Assembly (NCBI GenBank): GCA_026936335.1
Contig: JAPMXV010000043.1
Location: 62,001-126,000 of the forward strand
Source of the DNA: Mantamonas sphyraenae STR306
Lineage: Eukaryota; Protista; CRuMs
Reading direction: 5' to 3'
Length of the DNA: 64,000 bases
The notes under the pieces are model-generated. The model had not been told where the DNA came from and ran no database searches. It saw only the letters and a list, made by a program, of their open reading frames with translations. The number at the start of each line of letters is the position of its first letter. The stretch's first letter is position 1. Made by a program: the position numbers and the translations under genes. This document shows positions 32,401 through 44,335 of the stretch, piece by piece.

Positions 32401-35400
32401 TGGCGCGCAGCTCGCTGTTCAAAAAGTCGATGCAAATCGATGCGTCCTCCTGATCGGAAGGAACGAAGAAACACGGCTTTTGCGTTCCGAGGCTGATGGC
32501 GTCCGACTTTGTCACGCGTGTGATGAGGTTGGTCCATGTGCCGTTGCCACTCACGTCATAGTCGACGTAGTAGTAAGGCGGCTGGTTGGCACAGGGGCGG
32601 AACCACGTGGTCAGAAACTCGTTGACAAATGCCTGGCGAGGCAGCTTCACCACAGCCTGTGCCAGACCCGTCATGTTGGCCACAAACTGGCGCTGGAACT
32701 GGATTCCGCAGTACTTGCCCTGGTTGGCAAGCGTCTTTTCGCAGCAGCGGTCGTCGTCCACAATGCCCCCGGGCAGGTTGATGTCAGCACCAGGCGACGT
32801 GCCGTCCGTGCTTGCTCCCTTTGCCAGGTTGGGGAAGTAGGTCTGACCCTTGGACTGCCGCTCCAGCTGACCCACAGGCAGCTCGGTCTTCAGACGGCAC
32901 AGCGGCGAGTACGGCTCAATGTATCGGAACAATCCCGCCGCTGCCACTGCCGGCACAAACTGCTGGCCGTTGTTCGCCACGGCAAACACAAGGTCGCCCA
33001 CAATATTCTCAGGAGATGTGCACAGGATTTCGGTGGACGAGACAAACGTGGGCGCGGTGGTACTCACCACGCTGCCAAACTTGCAGTTCAGATAGGGGCT
33101 GTTCAGGAAGTTGCTGCCCGTCACCGTCACCACTGTGCGTCCGTACACGGGGCCGTTGTTGGGCTGAAACAGAGACACCACCTCTGTGGCATGGGCAAGG
33201 AACTGTGCGTTTGCCGCACTCGTGTTGACGCCTGCGTTGTTGCTCACAGTGATCCCCTTGGAGCCGACCGTGCCATGCGCCTGTGTCGTGCACACAATCG
33301 AGGTGCTGCTCACAAACGAGGTCATGGGACACGACACACCGCCCACAATCACGTTCATCTTGGGCGTGTTGACAAAGTTGGTTCCGGTGAGTGTGATCTG
33401 CGTGCCGCCCGCCACGGTTCCCAGATCAGGCACAATTGCAGAAAAGTTTGCGGGGCCCAGCGCTTGGACCACCGCCCACTCTGACGCGCCTACAATCTGG
33501 CCATTCGTGCGCGCAGTGATGTTCACGTTGCCTGGCGTGGTTGCAAAGTACTCAAAGGTGTACAAGCCTGCTGCGGCCGCTGTCTGGGTCACGCCAAGTT
33601 CGCCAGATGCCACAAAGACACGCACATTGAAGCTGTCCGAGGCACCCAGGCTGCGCAGGTTGCCAAACGCATCGCGGCTCTGCACAACCACCTGTGCGGT
33701 GCTGAGCACTCCCCAGGCACGTGCTTCGACCACGCTGGAAGGCGGATGGATGGCAGCCGGAGCAGTGGTCATAGCAAACGGACTGCCCGAGATGTGCGTG
33801 CCATTGAGAGAGCGCACACGCACAGAGTATGCGCCACTGACGGTGGCGTTGTACTGCACGCGATAAAGCTCCTGCAATGCTGCCGTGTGCTGTGACCGTG
33901 GCATTGAACATCGCTGTAGTCACTGTACTGTGCACCAGTTCGCCCAAGAAGGTGTCGGTGGCCACTGTGCGGTTGTTCTGGAAACGATCGCGAGCCTGGA
34001 CGACAAACTCGGCTGCCGCACCGGCCACAGTGTTGGCCAGTCCTGCGCCGTAGGCAATGGAGTCGGGCACACTGGTCGTGGCGGCCAGCACCAGTGTGGT
34101 GAACGGACTTGTGCCAAATGGCATTCCGTTGACACGCAGATTGATGTTGTACACGCCGGAGCGTGTGGGCGTGTAGCTGACCTGGTAGCGTGCCGTGGAG
34201 CTGCCACCGCTGTTGACCACCGTGGCGTCGATGGCCGCAATGGCCTGCGTCTGGTGTGTCAGCTGTGCCGTGACAGTGTCATCGTTTGTGGTGCGGTTGT
34301 TGCCAAATGCATCGCGCACCTGCGCATTCCACATCGCCGTGAATCCCGCCACCACCTGTCCGGCTGCAGTCGCGTCGTGTGTGCTGGTGCTTCCGTACGC
34401 AATGTTCGGGTTCACCACAAGCGAAAACGGGGAGCCGATGGCTGCTGCACCATTGACCAGCACGTTGACCGTCCACGTGCCAGACACTGTGTGGTTGCTG
34501 CGCAGTGAATAGGTGCCACTGTTGCCTGCGTCGGGCAACCACTGGTTGGCCACAGCAGAGGCCCCTGTCGGGTGCGTGCTGGTGAACGTAAGGGTGTCTG
34601 TGGCGACCGTGCGCGTGTTGCCAAACGCATCGCGTGCCTGCACCGAGAATGTCTTCCACACACCTGCAGTGGCGCTGCCCACAGGCGCAGTCACCACGCT
34701 GTTGACGCCGTGCGTCACAGTGGGGTCCACCACAAGCGAGTAGGTGCTTCCAGAAACCAGCGATCCGCCGTACGTCACGCTGACCGTGTACGTGCCCGCC
34801 ACCGTGGCGTTGTAGGCCACTGTGTACAGACCGTTGCTGCCGCCAGAGATGGCGACGCCGGTGGCTGTGTACGACGAGCCCTGGTGGGCCAGACTGGCCG
34901 ACAGAGTCAAACCGCCGTTGGTCATGTTGTTCTGGAACTGGTCGCGCATTTGTACCTGGAAACTGTTGGCCTTCCCTGCCTCGGCACGTGCCAGCTGGCT
35001 TCCGTAGGCAAAGCTGGTTGAGGCCACGGCGACGTCCGGGTTGACGAGGACGGTGAACGGGCTGCCGATGATTTGCACCGTCTGAGCATTGTTGCGCACA
35101 AAGATGTCGTAGTTGCCCGACACGGTGGCACGGTAAGTCACAGTACGTTGGCCGCTTCCCGCTGGTCCGTTGCCCAAGGTGGGGCCCGAAGCAAGGACAC
35201 TGGCGCCGTGCACCTTGTGTTGCACCTGCGCCACAATCGTGTCAAATGTGGTGCGGTTGTTGTGGAACTTGTCCTTGAGCTGCACCGTGAACGAAGACGT
35301 GGTGCCAGCCACACTCGGCTGGTTGTCAAGCACGAGACTGCCCACAGGCAGCGAATAAGCCACTGTAAGCTGCGCCGGCGAAACCGTCACCGTGCGCGTG

Positions 35401-38400
35401 CCCGCCAGCTCTCCGTTGCCGTACACGCGCAGTGTGTAGCTTCCAGTCAGTGTCACGTTGTAAGCAACATTGTACTGACCCGACCCTGCTGTGCCCGGCG
35501 TCACTGTGCCGTCGACCGTGTATGCTGCCGTTGCGTGCGTGATGTTGGCGGTGAACGTGTCACTCTCCACTGTGCGGAGGTTCTGGAACTGGTCACGTGC
35601 CTGCACGTTGAACGTGGCAATGTCTCCTGCCACAGTGCTGGACAGCCCTGCGCCAGTGAGCACGCTCTCCGACGCCTTGACGGGTCCAGCCACAACCAGC
35701 GGCTCCACAGTCTGGCCAAAAGACACCGTGTTGACCTGCAGATCAAGCACATACGACTTGGCCACCTGGGCCGTGTACGTCAGCGTGTACACGCCGTTGC
35801 CTGCTGCGACGACGTTGACGGCGACGTTGGGTGTGCTGAGTGCAGCTGTCACGGTCTCGGTCGACTGCGTCAGCTGGTTGTCGTACGTGTCGCGCAGCGT
35901 GGCCGTCATGGTGGCTTGCACGCCCGCCGTGGCCGACGTGGCACCGGTGCCAGACACGATTGTCTTTGTGGCCGCAACGGCGTTGGGCGTGACGGCAATG
36001 ACAAACGGGTTGGAACGCACCGCCTGGCCTTCCACGAGCACGTTGACGTCGTAGTTGACCGCCTTGGTGGCTGTGTACGTCATGGTGTACACGCCTGCAC
36101 TCTGGGCGGTCTTGACGGCGTTGACGGTGGGTGCTCCGGCCTTGGTGAGCGCGGCAGTGACGGTGGACGACGTCGTTGTCAGCTGGTTGCCAAACGCATC
36201 GCGCACAGTGACCGAAAAGGTGTTCTGAACACCGGCCACGGCGTTGGCCAGACCCGCCCCAGCAGCCGTGCACTCGCCGCCAAACGCTACGTTGGGTGAC
36301 ACGGTGACGGAACGTGGGAAGCTGTTGACGTTCTCGCCACGGATGGTCAGCGCAAACGTGTACACACCCGACTTTGTGGCGTTGTAGGTGACGCGATACT
36401 GGCCAGCCGCCTCGTTGGTGACGACAATGGGGACGACAATGGCGCCAAAAGTCTGATGTGTGAGGGAACCTGCCACTGTCTCGCTGTTGTCGGTGTGCTC
36501 GTTGTTGTACTGGTCCCGGGCGGTCAAGATGACGTGCGCGTTGGTACCGGCCGTGCTTGCGCTGAGCCCAGGGCCTGCGGCGGTGCTGGCGGCACCCTGT
36601 GCCACGGTGGGCAGGATCGTGTACGTGCGCGGCGTGCCAACTGCAGCGGTGTTGAATTGCGTCTTGTCGAGGACGTTGAGAGTGTACTGACGCGCGATGG
36701 TTCCAAGACTGGTGGAGATCTTTGTGGTGACGATGGGGTTCAGCTCGCCCGTGGTCTGCGGGGGTGTCGTTAGAGCTGGTGTGACGCTAACGTCGTACTG
36801 CAGGCCAACTTGACGGGATTCCGGAGGCACGCCGGGCGCAAAAGTCCATGTGCCCGTTTTCAGGCGCAGATGCTGCTGGTACGGACTGCTGTCATACACC
36901 ATCGCTCCGTTCTCCTCCTCCATGGTGTAATAGGCCATGAGACCCTCCTCCTCGCCAGTGAGGCCGTACTTCATCCAATGTGCAATGTCGGCCTGGCTGT
37001 GCACTCCATCCAGCATAAAGACTTCGGTCATGGAACCGTCGACGCATTGACCGTCTTCGAACCCTCCCTCCAAGCTGTCTTGGTCACAGCCGAGCACGAG
37101 GGCGCCTCCCGACTGCACCGTCTTTCCAACGAACGAGTTCTCAATGATCGACACGACCTGAACGCCGTTCTTATAGTAAATGACGCGTCCGTCGCTGGTG
37201 TCGACGGTGAAGGCTAGGTGGGTCCACTCGTCCGTGGTCACTGCCATCTCCGAGTACGCATTGGTTTGCTGGTCTGAGATCCAGACCTTGGCATTGTTTC
37301 GGCCTCCCCAAAGCAGGATGGCGTTGGAGGCCCCAGAAGCTTGGCAATAGGAAAAATAACCTCCGGCTGAAGTTGGATGGTTTGCAGTCACACGCACCCA
37401 CATTCCCACAGTCATTTTTGTGGAAGGGACGATGAAACCAGGAGAGCGGGATGCTGTAGCCTTTGTGGATGCAGAAAGAGCCATGGCCGAGCCCGTGCCG
37501 ATGATCTGGCCGTTGCCGGTGAGATTGAGGTTGTTTCCACTCATGTCTCGCACTGTGGAAGAGATGCACTCATCAAAGGTCCACAGGGCGACGAGGCCGT
37601 CCATGCCTGGGCGCAGTTGTTGAAACATGATCTGTTGGATGTCGGCTGCAGTCATTTCACGGCTCCACACGGCGACATTGTCGACCCAACCGTTCGTAAG
37701 ATCGTTGGTATTGTAGGAAGGGTTGGCGAGGGTGCTGTCCATCTCTCGTCCGATGTGGATGGTGCCGCCTGTGAGGACACTCCCGGCGTTGTACGTTTGG
37801 GTGCCGATGCTGTTTCCATCCATGAACAGGGTGCCTTTCTTCGTTGCGCCGATGAACATTGCAGAGATGTGGTGCCAACCGTTGCTGAAGTCATAGCTTC
37901 CGGTCCAGCCGTTCGACTGGCACTGGTTGGAGACGCATAGGAGAGCGCCAAACTTGCCGTAGATGAAGGCGTTGGTGGTCTGCGAATTCGCGTAGCCGAA
38001 CGGAGTGATGTTCGAGTTTGTGTTGGGCAGCGTTTCTTACCCACAAGGTGACTGCCATGACCGTTTCGGGCCAAGGAAAGTTTGTGATGTAGGCATAGTT
38101 GGCCGAGGTGGAGCCGTCGTTCTTTTGGAAGCGGCAGTTGACGCGTGGATAGTCAATGAGGTTGGAGAATCGGTCGCGAGGTTGCACGGTGTATCCACCC
38201 GCGGTTGTGCCAGCGATGTAGTTTCCCTGGGGCAGCGAACCGGAGCCAGGCACGAGAGTGCTTGCTGGGCCATGGGAGAACGACGGCAGCACACCCATAG
38301 TGAACGGGGAGCCGGCGACATGAGTGGCACCGTTCTTGATGTTGACGGAGTATGTGCCGGCAAGAGTCGCGTTCACAGTAAAGGTGTACCGTGCAGCACC

Positions 38401-41400
38401 TGCATCTTGGGTCACAGAAGGGGTCAAGGTGACGCTGGTGAGGTTGCGATGCTGAACCGAGGCAGAAAAGGTGACGTCGTGGACGGTGCGATTGTTGGAG
38501 TACTGATCGCGTGACTGAATCCACACTTGGAGGTTCTTGCCAGCCTGGACTTGCCAAAGCAAGGCAGAGGCGTAGACGACAGCATGCGCATCGCTGTTCG
38601 CGGCAGGCGTCACGGTGAGGGTGAACGCGCCGTTGCTGACGACGGTACCACCGAGCTTGGCATTGACGGTGTAGGTGCCTGCGGCAGTGGGCGTGTAGGC
38701 GGCTACATAGAGGCCTCCAGACGCGCCGTTGGACACGGAGGATGTGGACAGAGCGACGGGGCCGGATGAAAAGTCGACCGAGACTGTGTCCCCGTGGCCG
38801 TTTTGAAGATTCTGGTAGGTGTCACGAATCTGGATTTGAAAGTTGCTGGCCGTGCCTGCAACGCGAGAGGTGACAGGCGAGAGGACAGTGCTTGTTGAGG
38901 CCACGCTGGCAGCCGGGTTGACGGTGTAGCTGTTGACCGGTGAGCCGCCTATGTTTGTGCTTGTGGCCACATCGGTGAGGGACAGGGTGTAGGTGTCGGC
39001 AATGGTGACGCTCGTGGTCGTGATGCGATAGATGGACCCTGACCTTGTGGAGTCCTGAACGACGTTCTTGTCAGCAGCATGAGAGGCGGGATCAAAAGTG
39101 GCACGGAAGTAGGTCCATGCAAGGGTGGTGATCTGGTTGTTGTACTGGTCACGTGCGGTGATGTCGATGACGGTGGAGGAGCCAGCTGTGGTGGAGGCCG
39201 TTGCGCCCGTGGCCGTTGTCGCCGCGTTGTTGAAGGCGGCAGGGGTCACCTTGCAGTTTGTGCTGGAGGCAACGACGGTAGCACCGCTTTCCACCGAGAT
39301 GGTGTACGTGCGTGCGACGTTGGTAGTGCCGGAGCAGGTGTAGGTGCCAGCAGCCTTGTTTGTGGCTGCCGTGACCGTGTCGGAGCCTGTGCCGCCAACC
39401 TCGTTGGGGTGGAGACGCAAACTAAAGGTATCCGTGGTGGTGGATAGGGTGTTCTGGTACTGATCACGTGCGACGATGTCGAACTGGCGCGTTGTACCGG
39501 CGACAAAGTCTGCGTCCCAGCCGGCGGGCACGACGGTCTTTGTGAGATCGATCGGGCCTGGGGTAATGGTGAACGCCTTGGCGGATCCTACGTTTGCGCC
39601 GTCGATCATGACCTGCACGGAATAATCCGATGCGGCAGTGGTGACCGAGACGGAGCAGCGGTAGGTGTTTCCGGAAACATGGGTTGCGGCCACGGTGGCG
39701 GAAAGGCTGTTGCCCGAGTAGACGCATGAGAACATGTGGTTGCACGTGATTTGGTGGTCTGCGCTCTGGTACTTGCCTGCAATGTCGGTTGTATAGGCTG
39801 TCGTGGCGGCTGCGTTTGCGGACGTGACGACAGAGCCGGACATGTCTTCGGCGACGACCAGCGAAGGAGTGGTTTGTTCGCGATAGCGCAAGCCACCGTT
39901 GGTGGAGTAGCAGAGCTTATAGGTGCCCAACGCATCGATGGCAGAGGCTAGACTCACTGTGGTCGTTGTCAACGCAGTTTGGGCCTTGCGGTTTGCTGTG
40001 GCGCAGTTTCCCGTTGTTGCAAACGCAATGTAGTGGTTCGAGTCTGCGGTGGCCCCGGTGAACGTGATGCTCGGGGTGTTGCAGATGACAGAGGTGGGGG
40101 AAATGGCCGTAACGGTGGTGGCCAGGGCGTCTGCGCACAGGGTGCGTGGTGCGTGATGCGTGATGTGAGCGCTTGTTCCTGGTTTTGCGTGAATGGATGG
40201 GCGAGCTGATAGGAGGTGACTAGCACTTACTGTCTTCAACCAAACGGGGAGGAATGGAGGTCGGAGTGGACACGCTGCCACTCGAGGTGGTCAGGTCAAA
40301 GTTTGAGCCCGCAGTGCCGGTGTTCTTGCCCATGGAAGCGGCAGAAAAGTCGTACTTGAGCAAGATGTTTGGGTGTCTGTGAGATGATGGGAGAGATTTG
40401 AAGGGACCGAGGGTGAGCGGGAGCGGGAGCAAAGGAGGGCCATATCGCAGGAGATGGCGGCTCGGGGTTACTTACAGGTCATCTGCAAAGATGTCGTAGC
40501 CCTTGATCATCTGGTTGGCAGTACGTGCGACGTTCCAGAGGCGGAGCTGGGAAACACCTCCAATTGGGTTTCCTGTGGCGGCTGGAGACGGACCGGTGAT
40601 GCCGAAGCCAACAAAGGAGACGCCGTTGGTCATGGAGGGAGGAGTACAGGTACGAGTAGTGTGTGTTTGAACAGCTCCGTTGACATACATCGTATAGGTG
40701 GAGCCGGACTTTGTGACACCGATGTGGTACCAGCCGTAGAAGCCGATGTCGTCGTCAGCGACGATGCAGTCGGCCGAGTTCGGCCCGTACATTACAAGGG
40801 GTCGCCAACGATCCCATGAGGTGTAATCAAAGCCGAGGACAAGGAGAGTGCTCGTGTCATACCCATACATGAACCAGGCCTGGTCGTTCTTGTCAGGGTT
40901 GCTGTTTTGGCCGCCGAAATAGACTACAGCCTCCATTGTGTAGTCTGTGACTCCAGAGAGGATGTTTGAAGCGAGACTGGTGCGATAGAGCACCGCCGGA
41001 TCGCGTGCGTTCATCCAGAGGAACTTTGAGCTGACGGGAGAGGCCTCCATGGTCACTGTGAGGGATTGGAGGCGCAGAGGCAGCATGAGACCAAGTTGAG
41101 GGGACGTGAGTGTGAGTAGCACGTGGACAAGGCGCGGGAAGGAGGGAAAGGAAAGAAAGAGGAAAAAAGGACGACGAGGATGGGACATGGGGGCCCGGAT
41201 AAAGTTGGCCAAATTTGGCTGTGTTTTCGAAGGGCGGGGAAGAAAGAGGGAGCAAGCTGAAAACAAACGTACGGAGGCCACCGTTGGGCATATCTGTAGA
41301 GGTGGTCGCAGTGTCCATGAAGAGGTTGATGCTGCCAAAGTAGGACGGATTGCTGACGGTGTTTGTGGATGTGGGCAGGAAGCACACGCCCCAGTTGTCT

Positions 41401-42396
41401 GCAATGGAAGTGTCCAGAGGCCGGAAGCCGTAGTCCTTGATGTGGTTCCAGAATGCGAGGGGCGCTACCCAGCGAACGAAGAAGAGCATAGTGATCTTGC
41501 CTGTGCGCCAGTGTAGTGCAGTGCAACACGTGTGAGACGGAAGAGCACGGCAAAACGGCCGAAAAGGAAAAGGAAAGGGGACAAAACCTACCTTCCCAGC
41601 GCTCGTTGTTGCCCTTTGTTCCAATATGCATGGACGTCGTGGTGCCGCTGTCAAAGTTGAGATTATGATGGGAGGTCGGAGAATTGGAGATGAAGGAGCC
41701 GCCGTCTACACTCATCTGAATGCTCCACTGCCGGCGTTGGTTGATCTGGTGTTTTTTTTTGGCGGCAGGAATTTGTGGAGTTGTGTGAGTGTGGGAGACC
41801 ACATAGGTGAGGGAATGCGAGAGGATTGCAACGGAAAATGATACGGACCATGAAATGCCAGTTGCCGTCGTTGTAGGTGGACGTGGTTTGGACAGTGACG
41901 CCTTCCTTTGCATAGGCGGATGCCCACCATTTGGTCATCTCGGCCTTGAATTTGGGCTTGCCCGAATCCATCTTCCACTCGAAGCGGGACTTGAGGTTGT
42001 TGCTATCAGTATCCTCAAAGTCAAAGTATACTTGATTGTTGCTGTTTGTGGTTTTGAACCAGGCGCCAGAGGTGAAAACGTCCGCGTAGAATCTGAGCAG
42101 GAGCCAGTGTCAGCAGGGGGTGTGTGTGCGGGGCCCGGGGAAGCGCCACAGGGCGACACATACCGCAATGTGTCTGCATCTTGGGTGCCTGTGGCTGTAG
42201 CGGCATCGCCTGTGCCAGGAAAGTCGATAGAGTACATTGTCGCTTCGGAAACTGGGGTGAAAGCCAAAAAAGTGTCGGGGATTGTGTGAGGTTCTGAGCT
42301 TCGAAGAAAGAAAGGCCGCGTGGGCAAGGCCACAGTACCTGTACTCCACGCAAGAAGAAGCCCCAATGCAAATACGACACGATGGATGCGTCGCAT
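23458..42396 (-). CDS. Giant (~6000 aa) surface receptor: signal peptide, LamG/pentraxin, filamin-type Ig repeats, IPT/TIG, Ig-like repeats, Cys-rich module, ~9 TM helices, two RGS-like domains
   Basis: Signal peptide MRRIHRVVFALGLLLAW at 42396. In-phase introns 40475-40377 and 40230-40131; exon structure at 41000-42300 is uncertain. Repeated RD(A/Q)(F/Y)xN..GxYxVxY..GSPF units. TIG motifs PxxGxxxGxTxxTxTGxNF. TM block with FLYDGY and FWEIVIMTRK. Four long ORFs are joined by single-base shifts at ~38035, ~33869 and ~27167. Confidence 0.75.
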
Positions 42397-42496
42397 GATT
42401 GTGGGTTTGTTGGCGTTTGGATTTTGTTGTTGGCCCACGAGGCGCATCTTCTGAACGCACAGAACAGCCAGCCCACACACAGCACACACAGCACAG

Positions 42497-44118
42497 TCAG
42501 ATGTCCTTCTGTCCATCGTCGGATGAATTGGAGATGTACTCCGGGATGGATCCCCCTTCTGCGGTGGCAGAGGTGGCGGGGAGAGCGTCGAGATCGTGGA
42601 GGAGGTGGGGTTCGCAGGAGCAGCTGTAGGTGTCTGGAGTGAGTTTCATGACGGTGTGCAGAGGTACGCTGAGAAAAGGCACGTCTTCGACCTGGTTACC
42701 GAGGAAGTAGGCCAGAATGCATCGGAGGACGGCCTGGTGGGCAATGATGACCACGGGTGCCTCGGAACGCTCGAGCTCGATGATGATGGGTTCGAGTCGC
42801 TGGATAAGGTCAACATAGGACTCTCCTTGAGGGTAGCGGTAGTGGAGTTTGTCATCTTGGCGTGCCTTGTAGTCTTCCGGGTAGCGCTCTTCGACCTGGG
42901 CGTACGTGAGGCCGTCGCAGATGCCTGCATCGATCTCGTCGAGGGCCCTCCACTGCAGAGTGGGCATGTCGGAGAGTTTCTGCAAGGGCTTTGCGGTTTC
43001 AATGGTGCGCTTGAGAGTGCTGGTCCAGATGTTGAAGGCGTCCAGGCCGGCGTCGACCTCTGCAGCCATAAAGTCGGCGAGCTTGTCTGCGTACACAAGC
43101 CCTTGGTCGCTGAGGGACGAGTCGCCTCCGAGGAGTTTGCGGACGTTGTACTCGCTCTGGCCGTGGCGAGAGATGTACAAGGGCTTGGGACTGATCTGGG
43201 TGTTCATGAGAAAGAACACGACCTTGGACTCGAGGTATCCAGCTATGAGTCGGACACGAGGGTGCACAGGTGTGAGTGAGACACAGGGATTGGTAGGGGA
43301 GCGGGGTGGACTGCAGGGAGAGCACAAACGGGCGGGCATAGGAGTGGAGTGAAGCGGTCAAAGCGACGGGGTGATCGGGACGTACACACGGCATGGGTCT
43401 CGAGATCACGTCCCCCATCGATGAGCTTGATGTAGGAATAGCCTTCCTGCTTGTCCAGAGTCTCGTAGACGGTTTCGTAATGAGCAATGCGCTGCATAAA
43501 GTCTTTGACTGCCTCTTCGGGTTCCCAGCCTTCGTAGTCGGGCGAAGAGAGCTTCGTCTTGCGGACGTTGGAATCAATAAGGTCCTTGTCGTTGCAGACC
43601 GACTCGAGAAAGATGACTTTAACGCCTGCTTCCTGGCAGCGGTCGCATATTGCCTTGCGACGACTCTTGACCGAGTTTGTGGCGTCGTAGATGCCAATGA
43701 GGGAGCCCTTTGCGTCGTCCATGTCGTTGATCATGTCTTCGAGGGCAACCATGGCGAGTTGGTGGCGCTGCTTCATGGCTTGTTCGTTGAGGGGGTCAAA
43801 GAAGCCGTGCTGCTTGTTCGCTCCCACCTTTTTGCGGCGGTAGTTGCCCACGTTGTACCAATGGACTTGGTGGCCGAGCCATTGCAGGTAACGCATAAGC
43901 TTGCGTGCAATGTGTGTCTTTCCGCGCGCAGGCAGACCGACCATGGCAAAGACGAGCTTGACTTGGTGATGCTGCACGCCGCCACCACGCACAATGTCGT
44001 ATTTGTACGGAATAAAGTCTTCGCGCAGAATTTCTCCAACAAGCTCGGGGCTGGGAGGGGCGGATGGACTGGAGGAGGAAGAAGCCGACGAAGAAGCCGA
44101 AGAAGAAGAGGTGGACAT
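42497..44118 (-). CDS. PFKFB: 6-phosphofructo-2-kinase/fructose-2,6-bisphosphatase (intron 43385-43243)
   Basis: MVGLPARGKT P-loop, YNVGNYRR, DATN, SRHGQSEYN, LDEIDAG, YRYPQGESY. Confidence 0.95.
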
Positions 44119-44335
44119 CTTGCTGGACGGGCCGGGGGAAGGCCGGCGCGGGGTCCACCAAGCCAGACACCAAGTTTCTTGAAAACATGTATGTGTGGTG
44201 GGACGAGACAGAGGGTTTACGCGAGCGATTGCAGATGCGGTGAGGTAGGGTGGAAAGGAGCGGGTGAGTAGTGGCTGACACGTGTGCCAAACGTACAGGC
44301 CGAGCAAACTCGCTGGCCTGCAAAGCAGCGCCAAG

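Noticed and set aside
24451-33484. Long plus-strand ORFs antisense to real genes (similar antisense ORFs at 45506-47407, 48552-50153 and 56208-58055)
   Set aside because: Shadow ORFs expected from GC-rich codon bias, with no recognisable motifs.
37980-38040. 61-nt GT-AG intron explaining the frame break
   Set aside because: It would be in phase, but it removes ITPFGYANSQ, which matches the pentraxin strand seen in the neighbouring domain (GYFSYCQ). A 1-nt indel fits better.
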